Source: Polyangiales bacterium (GTDB taxonomy: Bacteria > Myxococcota_A > Polyangia > Polyangiales > Polyangiaceae). Taken from it: a stretch of 64,000 nucleotides of DNA. The notes beneath the pieces were generated by a model. It searched no databases. It saw nothing but the letters and a program-made list of their open reading frames with translations, and had not been told where the DNA came from. The stretch is taken from NCBI GenBank assembly GCA_038230375.1, contig JBBRNJ010000015.1:1-64000 (forward strand), given 5' to 3'. This document shows, in pieces, positions 18,235-26,667 of this stretch. The position numbers were made by a program, and so were the translations under genes. Within the stretch, counting starts at the first letter, position 1; each line of letters opens with the position of its first letter.

Positions 18235-19236
18235 ATGAGAATGTACCGCATTGCCCCGCTTGCCGGTTGTCTGCTCTTGCTCGCCTTCTGTGCTGCCGCA
18301 TGCGGCCCGAAAGAGGGTCCGGGCGCGCCCGGGCGGCTGCCGCTGGCCAAGCGCGCGTGGAAGACCGACATCGCGACGGACCATCCGCTCGTGGGTCGCT
18401 TCTACGACGCGACCACGTTCCGCGAGGTGACCGAGGACATCGTGGCCGACAGCTGCGCGCAGGCGACGTACGTGCTCCTGGGCGAGAAGCACGACAACGC
18501 AGACCATCACACCGAGCAGGCGCGCCTGCTGGGCGCGATGATCACGCGGAAGCGAAGCCCAGCGGTGGTGCTGGAGATGATCGAGACGGACATGGGCGCA
18601 CAGCTCGCGCAGTACACGGAACGTCAGAATGCGTCGTCCGCGGACTTTGGCGAGGCCATGAACTGGGAGAAGCGCGGCTGGGGACCGTGGGAGGGCTACA
18701 AACCGATCATGGACGTGACGTTCGCGGCGAAGCTGCCCATCGTGCCCGGCGGCATCCCGCAGGTGCGCGCGTCGGCCATCGCGCACCACGGCGAGTCTGC
18801 GGTGGATGCCGACGACCGGAAGGCCTTCCTGCTGGACGAGACCATGGACCCGAACCTGGAGAGCTCGCTGCACACCGAGCTCGTGCAAGCGCACTGCGGG
18901 CACCTGCCGTCATCGATGGTGCGCGGGATGCTGCTCGCGGAGCGCGCGCGGGACGCGGGCATGGCGAACGCAATGGCACCCTTCGAATCACGCGGCGCAG
19001 TGCTCATTGCCGGCAATGGCCACACGCGCACGGACCGCGGCGTGCCGTGGGCGCTCGCACGAAAGGCGCCGAATGCCAAGGTGGTGAGCGTGTCCATGCT
19101 CGAGGTCGCGGATGGCCGCACGGACCCGAAGGGCTACGACGTTCACGCGGACTTCGTGTTCTTCACGCCGCGCGCCACGGACGAGGATCCATGCGTCGCG
19201 TTCAAGATGGAGCTGCAGAAGCGGAGGAGGCAGTGA
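18235..19236 (+). CDS. ChaN-family (heme/iron-uptake) lipoprotein
   Basis: Lipobox AAAC; VLLGEKHDNADHH, VLEMI, HCG, RDAGMA, LIAGNGH. Confidence 0.85.
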   Translation: MRMYRIAPLAGCLLLLAFCAAACGPKEGPGAPGRLPLAKRAWKTDIATDHPLVGRFYDATTFREVTEDIVADSCAQATYVLLGEKHDNADHHTEQARLLGAMITRKRSPAVVLEMIETDMGAQLAQYTERQNASSADFGEAMNWEKRGWGPWEGYKPIMDVTFAAKLPIVPGGIPQVRASAIAHHGESAVDADDRKAFLLDETMDPNLESSLHTELVQAHCGHLPSSMVRGMLLAERARDAGMANAMAPFESRGAVLIAGNGHTRTDRGVPWALARKAPNAKVVSVSMLEVADGRTDPKGYDVHADFVFFTPRATDEDPCVAFKMELQKRRRQ

Positions 19237-19724
19237 TGGAGGTCCGGCGCGCGAAGAAGGAAGATCTCCATGCGGTCGGCAAGCTGGCGCTCGGCCTGGT
19301 GCAGCTGCACGAGTCGTTCGACCCCGATCGCTTCATGCACCTCCCGAACGCGGACAAGGGCTACGAGCGGTTCCTGGCACGGGAGATCGAGAACCCAGAG
19401 GCGTGCGTCCTGGTGCTCCTGCAGCGCGAAGGCGACGCGCAGGAAGAAGTTGTAGGATACACGTACTCCACCATGGAGGCGCGCGACTACAATGCGCTGC
19501 TCGACGCATGCGCGAAGCTGCACGACATCTTCGTCACGGACGACCTGCGCGGCAAAGGCGGGGGCGAGCTGCTCCTCCAGAGAACGCTGGAGGAGCTCGA
19601 GAAGATGGGCGCGCCGCGCGTGGTGCTGCTGGCCTCGGTGAAGAACGACGTCGCGCAGCGCCTGTTCACGCGCGCGGGCTTTCGCCCCACGATGCTGGAG
19701 ATGACGCGCACGGCGAAGACGTAG
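19236..19724 (+). CDS. GNAT-family N-acetyltransferase
   Basis: IFV..LRGKGGG (acetyl-CoA motif), NDVAQRLF..AGF; TGATG coupling to the ChaN gene. Confidence 0.88.
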   Translation: MEVRRAKKEDLHAVGKLALGLVQLHESFDPDRFMHLPNADKGYERFLAREIENPEACVLVLLQREGDAQEEVVGYTYSTMEARDYNALLDACAKLHDIFVTDDLRGKGGGELLLQRTLEELEKMGAPRVVLLASVKNDVAQRLFTRAGFRPTMLEMTRTAKT

Positions 19725-19746
19725 CCGCGGCGCTCTTCCTCCCGCC

Positions 19747-20310
19747 TCAGTCGATCGCGAGGGCCACGTCGAACGCGGCCGTCTGATGGCCCGATCTGGT
19801 GTTGCGGCGCGGCGCGGCGGCGGCGTCCATCACGCCCACGAGCGTGGAGTACGGCAGCTCGTTCGAGGCGTGGATCACGGCGCGGTCGAACGCGGCGTCG
19901 TCGGTGGCGCGATGGGTGCCGCTCGTCTGCCACTCCTTCTTGAGGGCCTCCGAGAGCGCCGGAAACTTCGCGATGCCGCTGCTGCCGCCCGCGGCGGGGG
20001 ACGTGGCGTCGACCTCTGTGGTGGAGACCACGTTCTTGCCCTCGCGCCATTCCAGCTTGAATTTCTGCCCGTCGGTCGTGATCACGTGGAGCTTCCGCTC
20101 TACCTTCTCTTCGCATCCGCCCGCGCATGGCTGCGCCGGCCCTGGGACCTGGGCGTCTGCCTGCAGGCGGCTCATGTTCGACCACACGGCCGTGATGAGG
20201 AGGAAGGAGATCGTCACCATCAGGAGATCGATCATCGGGATCATGTTGACCTCGAAGTTGCCTGTCCTGCGACCGCTACTGCCACCGCTGCCGACGTCGA
20301 CACCTGCCAT
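19747..20310 (-). CDS. exbD: ExbD/TolR-family biopolymer transport / gliding-motor subunit
   Basis: NMIPMIDLLMVTISFLL TM with the conserved Asp; YSTLVGVMDAA; AGGAG SD. Confidence 0.85.
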   Translation of the reverse strand: MAGVDVGSGGSSGRRTGNFEVNMIPMIDLLMVTISFLLITAVWSNMSRLQADAQVPGPAQPCAGGCEEKVERKLHVITTDGQKFKLEWREGKNVVSTTEVDATSPAAGGSSGIAKFPALSEALKKEWQTSGTHRATDDAAFDRAVIHASNELPYSTLVGVMDAAAAPRRNTRSGHQTAAFDVALAID

Positions 20311-20446
20311 GTGCTCTCCTTGGTTCGCGCTTCGTGGTCCCCGACCCGGGACGCTCCGGACCGTCCAGTGTGGGAACGGGAGCGCGCGCGGAAGTTCCGC
20401 GACTCGAGCGTTTTGTGGAGGCTGAAAGGCCGATTTTTCAGGCAGA

Positions 20447-22513
20447 TTACGAGCGGGACGTCTTTTTCAGCACCTGCTGTACAAGTTCGCCTGCACACAT
20501 CGGGAGCATCTGCGCCTCGGGTGCCTGGGAGTCGAACGCGCCCTTGGCGGCATCGGGCACGAGCTGACGCAGCTGCCACGCGGTGAGGTGCATGCGCTCC
20601 TCGGCGCGGAGGAAGGCCTCGCGGTAGCGGCGTACGAAGATGGAGGCGATGACGATGATCGACACCTGCGACACCACCAGGAAGATGGGCGTCCAGAGCG
20701 GGTGGAACGCGAACACGCGAGGCAGCACCGTGATGACGCCGTCGTGCACGCGCAGCGAAGGAGGCAGAACTCCGGCGAGCTCCAGCGCGTACGGAACCAC
20801 GATGGAGAGGATGCCCGCAAGGACGGCGAGCTTGCGATGTTCGCGCTGGCCGCTGATCACGTAGCAGACCGTGCCGGCAGCCGCGACCGCCGGAACAACG
20901 ATGAGCGGGCCGAACAGCATGGATGTCATGCCCGTGGCGATGGCTGCGAGGATCGCCACCACCGGAAGCCGCGTATCCGCCGGGCGAAAATAGAAATAGA
21001 GACATGCGGCGGAGACCACGGTCCACGCGACGTCGGTTCCGATGGCGATGGGCCAGTTGCGAACGCCCATCGCGAGCGCGAACGGAAGCCACGTGGCGAC
21101 CGACCCGAAGAAGAAGAGACCCGCGCCCACGAGCATGCCGCTCTTGCGGGACGCGCGCTCCGTCTCCTTGATCTTCTCCGTGACCTCGACCGGCGTGGTC
21201 TTCGGCGGGTCGGTCAGCATCTCCACGAGCACGGCGATGGCCGGAGCGTGGTTCGGATCAAGCGCGAGCGCACGACCAAGATCGTAGAGCGCAGCCTTGC
21301 GCTGCTCCTCGCTGTCCTGCGCGCCGCGCGCGGCCTCGCGGGCGCGATCGGTGTGCTCGGTCGCGAGCTCGCGGCGGCGTGCGAAGTCACGATCGCCCGA
21401 CAGATACCGGTCGATTGCGTCGTGCATGTGGCGCGCAGATGCGAAGCGCTCGCGTGGGACCGCCATGGTCGCCTTCACGCACACCTGGTCGAGCTCGGGC
21501 GGGACGTCGCGATGGGGCGCGCGCGACTGCGGGCTTGCGTCCAGGCCCTTCACCGCGCGCATGAGCACCTCCGTTGCGCTGCCAGTGCCACAGAGCGGCT
21601 CGAGCGTGAGCAGCTCGAAGAGGATCGAGCCGAGCGCGTAGATGTCTGCGCGGGGCCCGACCTCTGCCGTCTGCGCGAGGATCTGCTCTGGTGCCATGTA
21701 GCCCGGCGTGCCCATCACCTGCCCCACGTCGGTGGCGCTGACTCCGGAGCTCGAGACGCGGACCTGCTCTTCTTCCTCGAGCGTGGCTTGCTCCTCCGGC
21801 GTGAGCAGCTTGGCGAGGCCCCAGTCCAGCACGTAGACCTCGCCGTAGGCGCCGACCATGATGTTGCCGGGCTTGAGATCACGATGGATGACGCCCTTCT
21901 TGTGCGCGTAGTCCACCGCAAGGCACACCCGCAGGAACACGGAGAGGAGCTTGTGGCGTGCGTACTCGCCATCCTCCGCGCCGCCCGCGCGCAGCTGCTC
22001 GATCACGGCCTCGAGCGTCTGGCCCTTGATGCGGCGCATGGTGAAGAACGCATTGCCGGTGGCGTCGCGCCCGAGATCGTAGACGGGGACGATGGCCGGG
22101 TGCTCGAGCTGCCCTTGCACGCGCGCCTCGCGGAGAAAGCGCGCGCGGAGGTCCTTGCGCTGCTCGGCGGCGGAGCGCATGACCTTCATCGCGACGTCGC
22201 GCGAGATGTGCTTGTCGCGTACCAGTCGCACCTCGCCCATGCCGCCCTCACCCAGGAGCGTCTTCTGCTCGTAGCGGCGCAGCGGATCAGCGGTCGCGAT
22301 CTCCGCCTCGACGTCGGTGACCACGCCGGGGTCGGAGCTCACCAGCGGAGACGTGGCCAGGGTGGGGCCGCTCGCGAACGTATCGGCGCGCGCCATGGTG
22401 TCGGCGCTGGCCAGCGTGTCGAGCTTGTCTGGATCGGTGCCTCTCGACATGGGCACGGTCTGCGGCGCGGAGTCCGTGGGGACCAGACGCAGCGTCTTCT
22501 GATCTTCCGACAT
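20447..22513 (-). CDS. Ser/Thr protein kinase with a C-terminal multi-TM domain
   Basis: LGEGGMGEV, VAMK, HRDLKPGN, DWG, GTPGYMAPE; ~6 C-terminal TMs. Confidence 0.93.
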   Translation of the reverse strand: MSEDQKTLRLVPTDSAPQTVPMSRGTDPDKLDTLASADTMARADTFASGPTLATSPLVSSDPGVVTDVEAEIATADPLRRYEQKTLLGEGGMGEVRLVRDKHISRDVAMKVMRSAAEQRKDLRARFLREARVQGQLEHPAIVPVYDLGRDATGNAFFTMRRIKGQTLEAVIEQLRAGGAEDGEYARHKLLSVFLRVCLAVDYAHKKGVIHRDLKPGNIMVGAYGEVYVLDWGLAKLLTPEEQATLEEEEQVRVSSSGVSATDVGQVMGTPGYMAPEQILAQTAEVGPRADIYALGSILFELLTLEPLCGTGSATEVLMRAVKGLDASPQSRAPHRDVPPELDQVCVKATMAVPRERFASARHMHDAIDRYLSGDRDFARRRELATEHTDRAREAARGAQDSEEQRKAALYDLGRALALDPNHAPAIAVLVEMLTDPPKTTPVEVTEKIKETERASRKSGMLVGAGLFFFGSVATWLPFALAMGVRNWPIAIGTDVAWTVVSAACLYFYFRPADTRLPVVAILAAIATGMTSMLFGPLIVVPAVAAAGTVCYVISGQREHRKLAVLAGILSIVVPYALELAGVLPPSLRVHDGVITVLPRVFAFHPLWTPIFLVVSQVSIIVIASIFVRRYREAFLRAEERMHLTAWQLRQLVPDAAKGAFDSQAPEAQMLPMCAGELVQQVLKKTSRS

Positions 22514-22531
22514 GCCTCTGAGCGTATCAGA

Positions 22532-23599
22532 TCAAATCTGCGGAGCCTTGGAAGCGATGACCACGAGCTCGTCCCCCTGGTGGAGGATGAGGTTCGACGG
22601 ATTCACGCGCACGCTGCCGCGGCTGTCCGACACACCGATCAGCAGCGCATCCTGCTCCTTTTTCAGGTGAACGAGCAGCTCCTCGAACGACTTGCCGTCC
22701 CATCTGGCGCTCACCTTGCACTTCAGGAACTTGTTTGCATGCTTCTCGTAGGTGAGCAGCTCCTCGAAGATGCGCATCACGCCGCGCGTGATGGCGGCCT
22801 GCGCCAGGAGGTAGGCGCTGTGCTCGCCGTTGACGACGTAGTCGTTCACGTTGCCCATCTCCAGGTGCTGCGCGTACTCGCGACGGTTGATCTCCGCGCA
22901 GGTGTAGACGTCGTGATTGAGCTTCTCGATCGTGAGGGCAGCAAGGATGGTCCGCGCGTCTGCGTCGCGATCCTTGCGGCCTTTGCTGGTGTCACTGAGG
23001 ATGATGCATTTCGCGGCGCGGTGGACACCGGCCTTCTCCAGCGCCTCCACCTTGGTGAAGTCCTCGTTCAGGAACTGGACGTGCGCGCGGAGCGTCTGGT
23101 CCGAGAACGGGGGCGGCCCTTCGCACTCTGCGATGACGACGACCGGCATGTGCGGCGTGCACTCGGAGTCCCTGTACTGCTTGACGATGATCTCCGCCTT
23201 GCGGTTCCAGCCGCAGATCATCAGGTGACCTTCGAGCTTCTGCCAGTCGACAATGGGTTTTTCCACGCGCAACCTCTCCGATACGAACGCGGACACGGTA
23301 CCAGTGATGGTCGCGAACGCGACCAGGCCAATGAAGATGATGCCCGCCGACACGATCTTGCCGCCGGTGGTGATGGGCATGGTCCCCACGGGCTCGTTGC
23401 CCATGAGCGAGAACAGGCTGAACCAGAACGTCTTGGCGAACGACGACAGCTCCGGGTTCTGCGTGCGTTCGAACATGAGGACGCCAAAGGTGCCGGCCGA
23501 CAGCGCGAGACCCACGGCAAAGCAGACCACCACTGTCTCGCGCACGCGGCGGACGCGGACGACGAGGTCCTTCTTGGGCTGTAACTTCGGCGCGGGCAA
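22532..23599 (-). CDS. 2TM ion channel with an RCK/TrkA-N domain (MthK-like)
   Basis: Two TMs flanking a pore loop (PITTGGK); HLMICGW; EDFTKVEALEKAGV; ADARTIL; start uncertain. Confidence 0.85.
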   Translation of the reverse strand: MPAPKLQPKKDLVVRVRRVRETVVVCFAVGLALSAGTFGVLMFERTQNPELSSFAKTFWFSLFSLMGNEPVGTMPITTGGKIVSAGIIFIGLVAFATITGTVSAFVSERLRVEKPIVDWQKLEGHLMICGWNRKAEIIVKQYRDSECTPHMPVVVIAECEGPPPFSDQTLRAHVQFLNEDFTKVEALEKAGVHRAAKCIILSDTSKGRKDRDADARTILAALTIEKLNHDVYTCAEINRREYAQHLEMGNVNDYVVNGEHSAYLLAQAAITRGVMRIFEELLTYEKHANKFLKCKVSARWDGKSFEELLVHLKKEQDALLIGVSDSRGSVRVNPSNLILHQGDELVVIASKAPQI

Positions 23600-23640
23600 G
23601 GCAACGCCAGAGGTTAGGCCATTTCTGCTAGCCTTGGGGC

Positions 23641-24213
23641 ATGACGGAGATGGGCAGCCCGCTCGCCTGCAAGACGGGCTGCATCACGGTGCGCACCTTC
23701 GCCGAGGGGATGCTTGCACGCCTCGCGCACGATCTCGAGCTCGAGTGGCGCGTCGCCGACGGTACGGCCACGATCGAAGCGGCGCAGGTGACGGCACGCC
23801 TTCGCATTGCCGCCGACGCAGTCACGGTGGTGGGCGTCCGGAAGAACGGCGCGCTGGACCGCGACGTCTTGAGCACGGGCGAGCGCGCGGACATCAAGAA
23901 GAAGCTCCTGTCGTCGATCGGCGCCGATCGTCAGGATGCGGTGATCCGCGCAGAGATCACCATCGAGGGCGCAAGGACGAGCGACCGCGCGGTCATGGCG
24001 CCGCTTCCCGCGAAGGTCCTCGTCGAGTTGCCATGTGGCCGCGCAACGGCAACCGCGGACGTGCACATCACCACGTCGGACGGCGTGACGCATGCCACCG
24101 GAACGCTGAACCTGTCACTGCGCGCGCTGGACATTCCTGAGATCAAGGGCCCGCTGGGCGCGTTTCGTCTGAAGGACAAGATCGAGCTCGCGTTCAAGGC
24201 GGAGTTCAGCTGA
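23641..24213 (+). CDS. YceI-like beta-barrel protein
   Basis: VRTFAEGMLARLAHDLEL and the C-terminal GAFRLKDKIELAF resemble YceI-type proteins. Confidence 0.55.
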   Translation: MTEMGSPLACKTGCITVRTFAEGMLARLAHDLELEWRVADGTATIEAAQVTARLRIAADAVTVVGVRKNGALDRDVLSTGERADIKKKLLSSIGADRQDAVIRAEITIEGARTSDRAVMAPLPAKVLVELPCGRATATADVHITTSDGVTHATGTLNLSLRALDIPEIKGPLGAFRLKDKIELAFKAEFS

Positions 24214-24216
24214 CGC

Positions 24217-25017
24217 ATGCGACGCCTCTCCCCTTCGCCGTTCGTTCGTGTGGCCGCGCTGCTCGTGATTGCGTCGTGCGTTTCGTGCAGCGATGATCCG
24301 CCCAAGGGGAACGCAAACGCGGACAGCGGAGCACCCGAGGTAGAGGGGCCGCTGCCCGGCGACGACGTGATCGCCGATGGGGGCGTCTTCGAGGGAGGCA
24401 CCATCAATCCTCCGGGCGAAGCAGACGCGGGTCCGCCATCCGCGAACGGCTGTCCGGTGCTCATCTTCCCGTCGGGCATCCACTTGCAGACGGTCCCGGA
24501 CGCCACGTTGTCGCAGAGCTACGCGAGCATCTCGGACACCACGAACTACCCGAAGCCCCTGTGCTTCATCGACACCGCGGCGCTGCTCGACCCCGTTGCG
24601 AAGAAGACGTACGACACGAGCGTGCAGCTCTCACCGCACTTCCAGCTGGTGGAGCTGGTGCAGACGGAGCTCTCGTACTCGAAGCGCGTCCTCTTGAACC
24701 CCACGCTCATTGCAAAGCTGGAGGCGTTCCGCGCGGCGCTGGGAGGTGAGTCCGTGAACATCTCGAGCGGCTACCGCTCACCAGCGCACCAGCGAGCGGT
24801 GTGTCAGTCCATCTGCAACAAGGACTCGTGCCCGGGGCTGTGCGCAGCTCGCTCGCGACACAGCTGGGGAGACGCAGCGGACATCGGGGTGGTGCCGACA
24901 AACCGCTATGGCGATGCGGGCTGCGCCGCAAAATTCAACTTCGTCTACCAGGAAGGCAACCACCTCCACCTGGACCTGAACCCAGAGCACCCCATCTGCA
25001 CAAAACAAATCCTGTAG
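24217..25017 (+). CDS. Peptidase M15A (D-Ala-D-Ala Zn metallopeptidase) lipoprotein
   Basis: Lipobox CVSC; LSPHF, SSGYRS, SRHSWGDAADI (SxH-x6-D), HLHLD. Confidence 0.88.
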   Translation: MRRLSPSPFVRVAALLVIASCVSCSDDPPKGNANADSGAPEVEGPLPGDDVIADGGVFEGGTINPPGEADAGPPSANGCPVLIFPSGIHLQTVPDATLSQSYASISDTTNYPKPLCFIDTAALLDPVAKKTYDTSVQLSPHFQLVELVQTELSYSKRVLLNPTLIAKLEAFRAALGGESVNISSGYRSPAHQRAVCQSICNKDSCPGLCAARSRHSWGDAADIGVVPTNRYGDAGCAAKFNFVYQEGNHLHLDLNPEHPICTKQIL

Positions 25018-25159
25018 AGCGGGGTTTGGAGGCCGAGCATTCCGCCGAGGCCGGCGTTGCTCTTTCCGCGCGGTGCTCGCGTACAGGAAGTACGCTCCGC
25101 TCCGTGCTCAGTCGCGCCTTGGCCTCGACGAAAGCCTCGGCCTCCAAACCCCGCTCTAC
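25014..25159. repeat. GTAG-initiated inverted-repeat element (REPIN/MITE-like), 39-bp arms
   Basis: 25014-25052 versus the reverse complement of 25121-25159: first 24 bp perfect, 35/39 overall; 68-bp spacer. Confidence 0.85.
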
Positions 25160-25170
25160 CCACCGTTGAC

Positions 25171-25218
25171 CGAGAGCGAGAGCGAGAGCGAGAGCGAGAG
25201 CGAGAGCGAGACCTCGAC
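25171..25218 (+). repeat. Hexamer tandem repeat (CGAGAG)x6 + CGAGAC + CTCGAC
   Basis: Read directly. Confidence 0.95.
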
Positions 25219-25231
25219 CGCAACAATCCGG

Positions 25232-25376
25232 TGAACGGCGCCGGATCGGGTCGTGGGCGCCCGGCGGGCATCGTTTTGGGCGAGCACCGCGCGGAACGTA
25301 CTCCGGTACGTGAGCACGGAGCGCAGCCCAAAACGATGCCCCCCGGGATGCCCACGGCCCGAGGCGGCGTCGTTCA
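25232..25376. repeat. Second long imperfect palindrome with a 16-bp perfect inner stem
   Basis: GGGCATCGTTTTGGGC (25266-25281) pairs with GCCCAAAACGATGCCC (25326-25341); outer pairing TGAACGGCGCCG / CGGCGTCGTTCA. Confidence 0.85.
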
Positions 25377-26603
25377 AGCGTAGCCTTCTTCGCCGTGTTG
25401 GGTCGTGTCCAGGCCTTCGCGTTCGTCGGCGACGGTGACGCGTAGGCCTATGAGTTTGTCGATCGCCTTGAGGATGATTGCGGTCATCACGACTGCGTAC
25501 ACCACCGAGACCAGGCACGCGATTGCCTGGATTCCTAGCTGTTTCAGGCCTCCTCCGTGGAGCAGGCCGTCGGCTCCTGTCGCGGTGTCTCCATACTTGT
25601 GTGCCACGCAGAAGACGCCCGTGAGGAGCGCGCCGGTCACTCCGCCCACGCCGTGGACGCCGAAGGCGTCGAGCGAGTCGTCGTAGTTGTACTTGTACTT
25701 GAAGAGCACCGCGCCGTAGCAGACCACGCCCGCGATGGCGCCGATGGCGATGGCCGCGAGCGGCGAGACGAAGCCTGCAGCGGGCGTGATCGCGACCAGG
25801 CCCGCGACGAGACCCGAGGCAACACCGAGCGCCGTGGGCTTCTTGCGATGCCACGACTCGATCGCGATCCACCCCACTGCTCCGCCCGCCGCGCCCAGGT
25901 GGGTCGTCGTGAACGCGAGCGCAGCCTGCGCGCCGGACGACAGCGCGCTGCCCGCGTTGAAGCCGAACCAACCGAACCAGAGGATGCCGGCGCCCGTGAG
26001 GGTCATGGTCAGGTTGTGCGGCAGCGCGCGCTCCTCCGGATATTTGAGGCGCTTTCCGATCATGATCGCGCACACCAGCGCGGACGCTCCCGCCGTTGCG
26101 TGGACCACGGTGCCGCCGGCGAAATCCAGCGCGCCCATCGCGTACAGGAAGCCGCCCTCCGCCCAGACCCAATGGGCGACGGGGTCATACACGAACGTGG
26201 ACCAGAGCAGCACGAACGCGATGTACGCCGTGAACTTCATACGCTCCGCGAACGCGCCCGAGATGAGCGCCGGGGTGATCACCGCGAACATCATCTGGAA
26301 GGCGCAGAACGCGAGCTCCGGCACCGTGCCGTGGAGCTTGTCATTGAGGCCCGCGAGTCCGACATGGTCCAGCCTGCCGATGACCCCGTGCCACGTGGGG
26401 CCAAACGCGAGCGAGTACCCGAAGAGCGCCCACTTGATGCTGAGGATGGGGATCGCCGACATCGAGTGCATGATCGTGGAGAGGACGTTCTTCTTCCGGA
26501 CCATGCCGCCGTAGAAGAGCGCCAGCGCGGGGGTCATCAAGAGCACGAGCGCGGTGCTCACGAGGAGCCACGCCGTGTCGCCTGCATCGAGCTTCGGTTG
26601 CAT
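25374..26603 (-). CDS. amtB: Ammonium transporter Amt
   Basis: FYGGMVR, FQMMFA, DFAGGTVVH, LWFGWFGFNAGS, GLVAITPA, DDSLDAFGVHG, EREGLD. Confidence 0.97.
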   Translation of the reverse strand: MQPKLDAGDTAWLLVSTALVLLMTPALALFYGGMVRKKNVLSTIMHSMSAIPILSIKWALFGYSLAFGPTWHGVIGRLDHVGLAGLNDKLHGTVPELAFCAFQMMFAVITPALISGAFAERMKFTAYIAFVLLWSTFVYDPVAHWVWAEGGFLYAMGALDFAGGTVVHATAGASALVCAIMIGKRLKYPEERALPHNLTMTLTGAGILWFGWFGFNAGSALSSGAQAALAFTTTHLGAAGGAVGWIAIESWHRKKPTALGVASGLVAGLVAITPAAGFVSPLAAIAIGAIAGVVCYGAVLFKYKYNYDDSLDAFGVHGVGGVTGALLTGVFCVAHKYGDTATGADGLLHGGGLKQLGIQAIACLVSVVYAVVMTAIILKAIDKLIGLRVTVADEREGLDTTQHGEEGYA

Positions 26604-26667
26604 CGCCTACGTTGGTACGGCGCGTCATGTTTCGCGCTTGTTTCGTGGGCGTTGCGCGAGCGCGAGA

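Noticed and set aside
11375..26603. Kup, RCK channel and AmtB as one ion-homeostasis island
   Set aside because: Separated by many unrelated genes with no shared operon structure.
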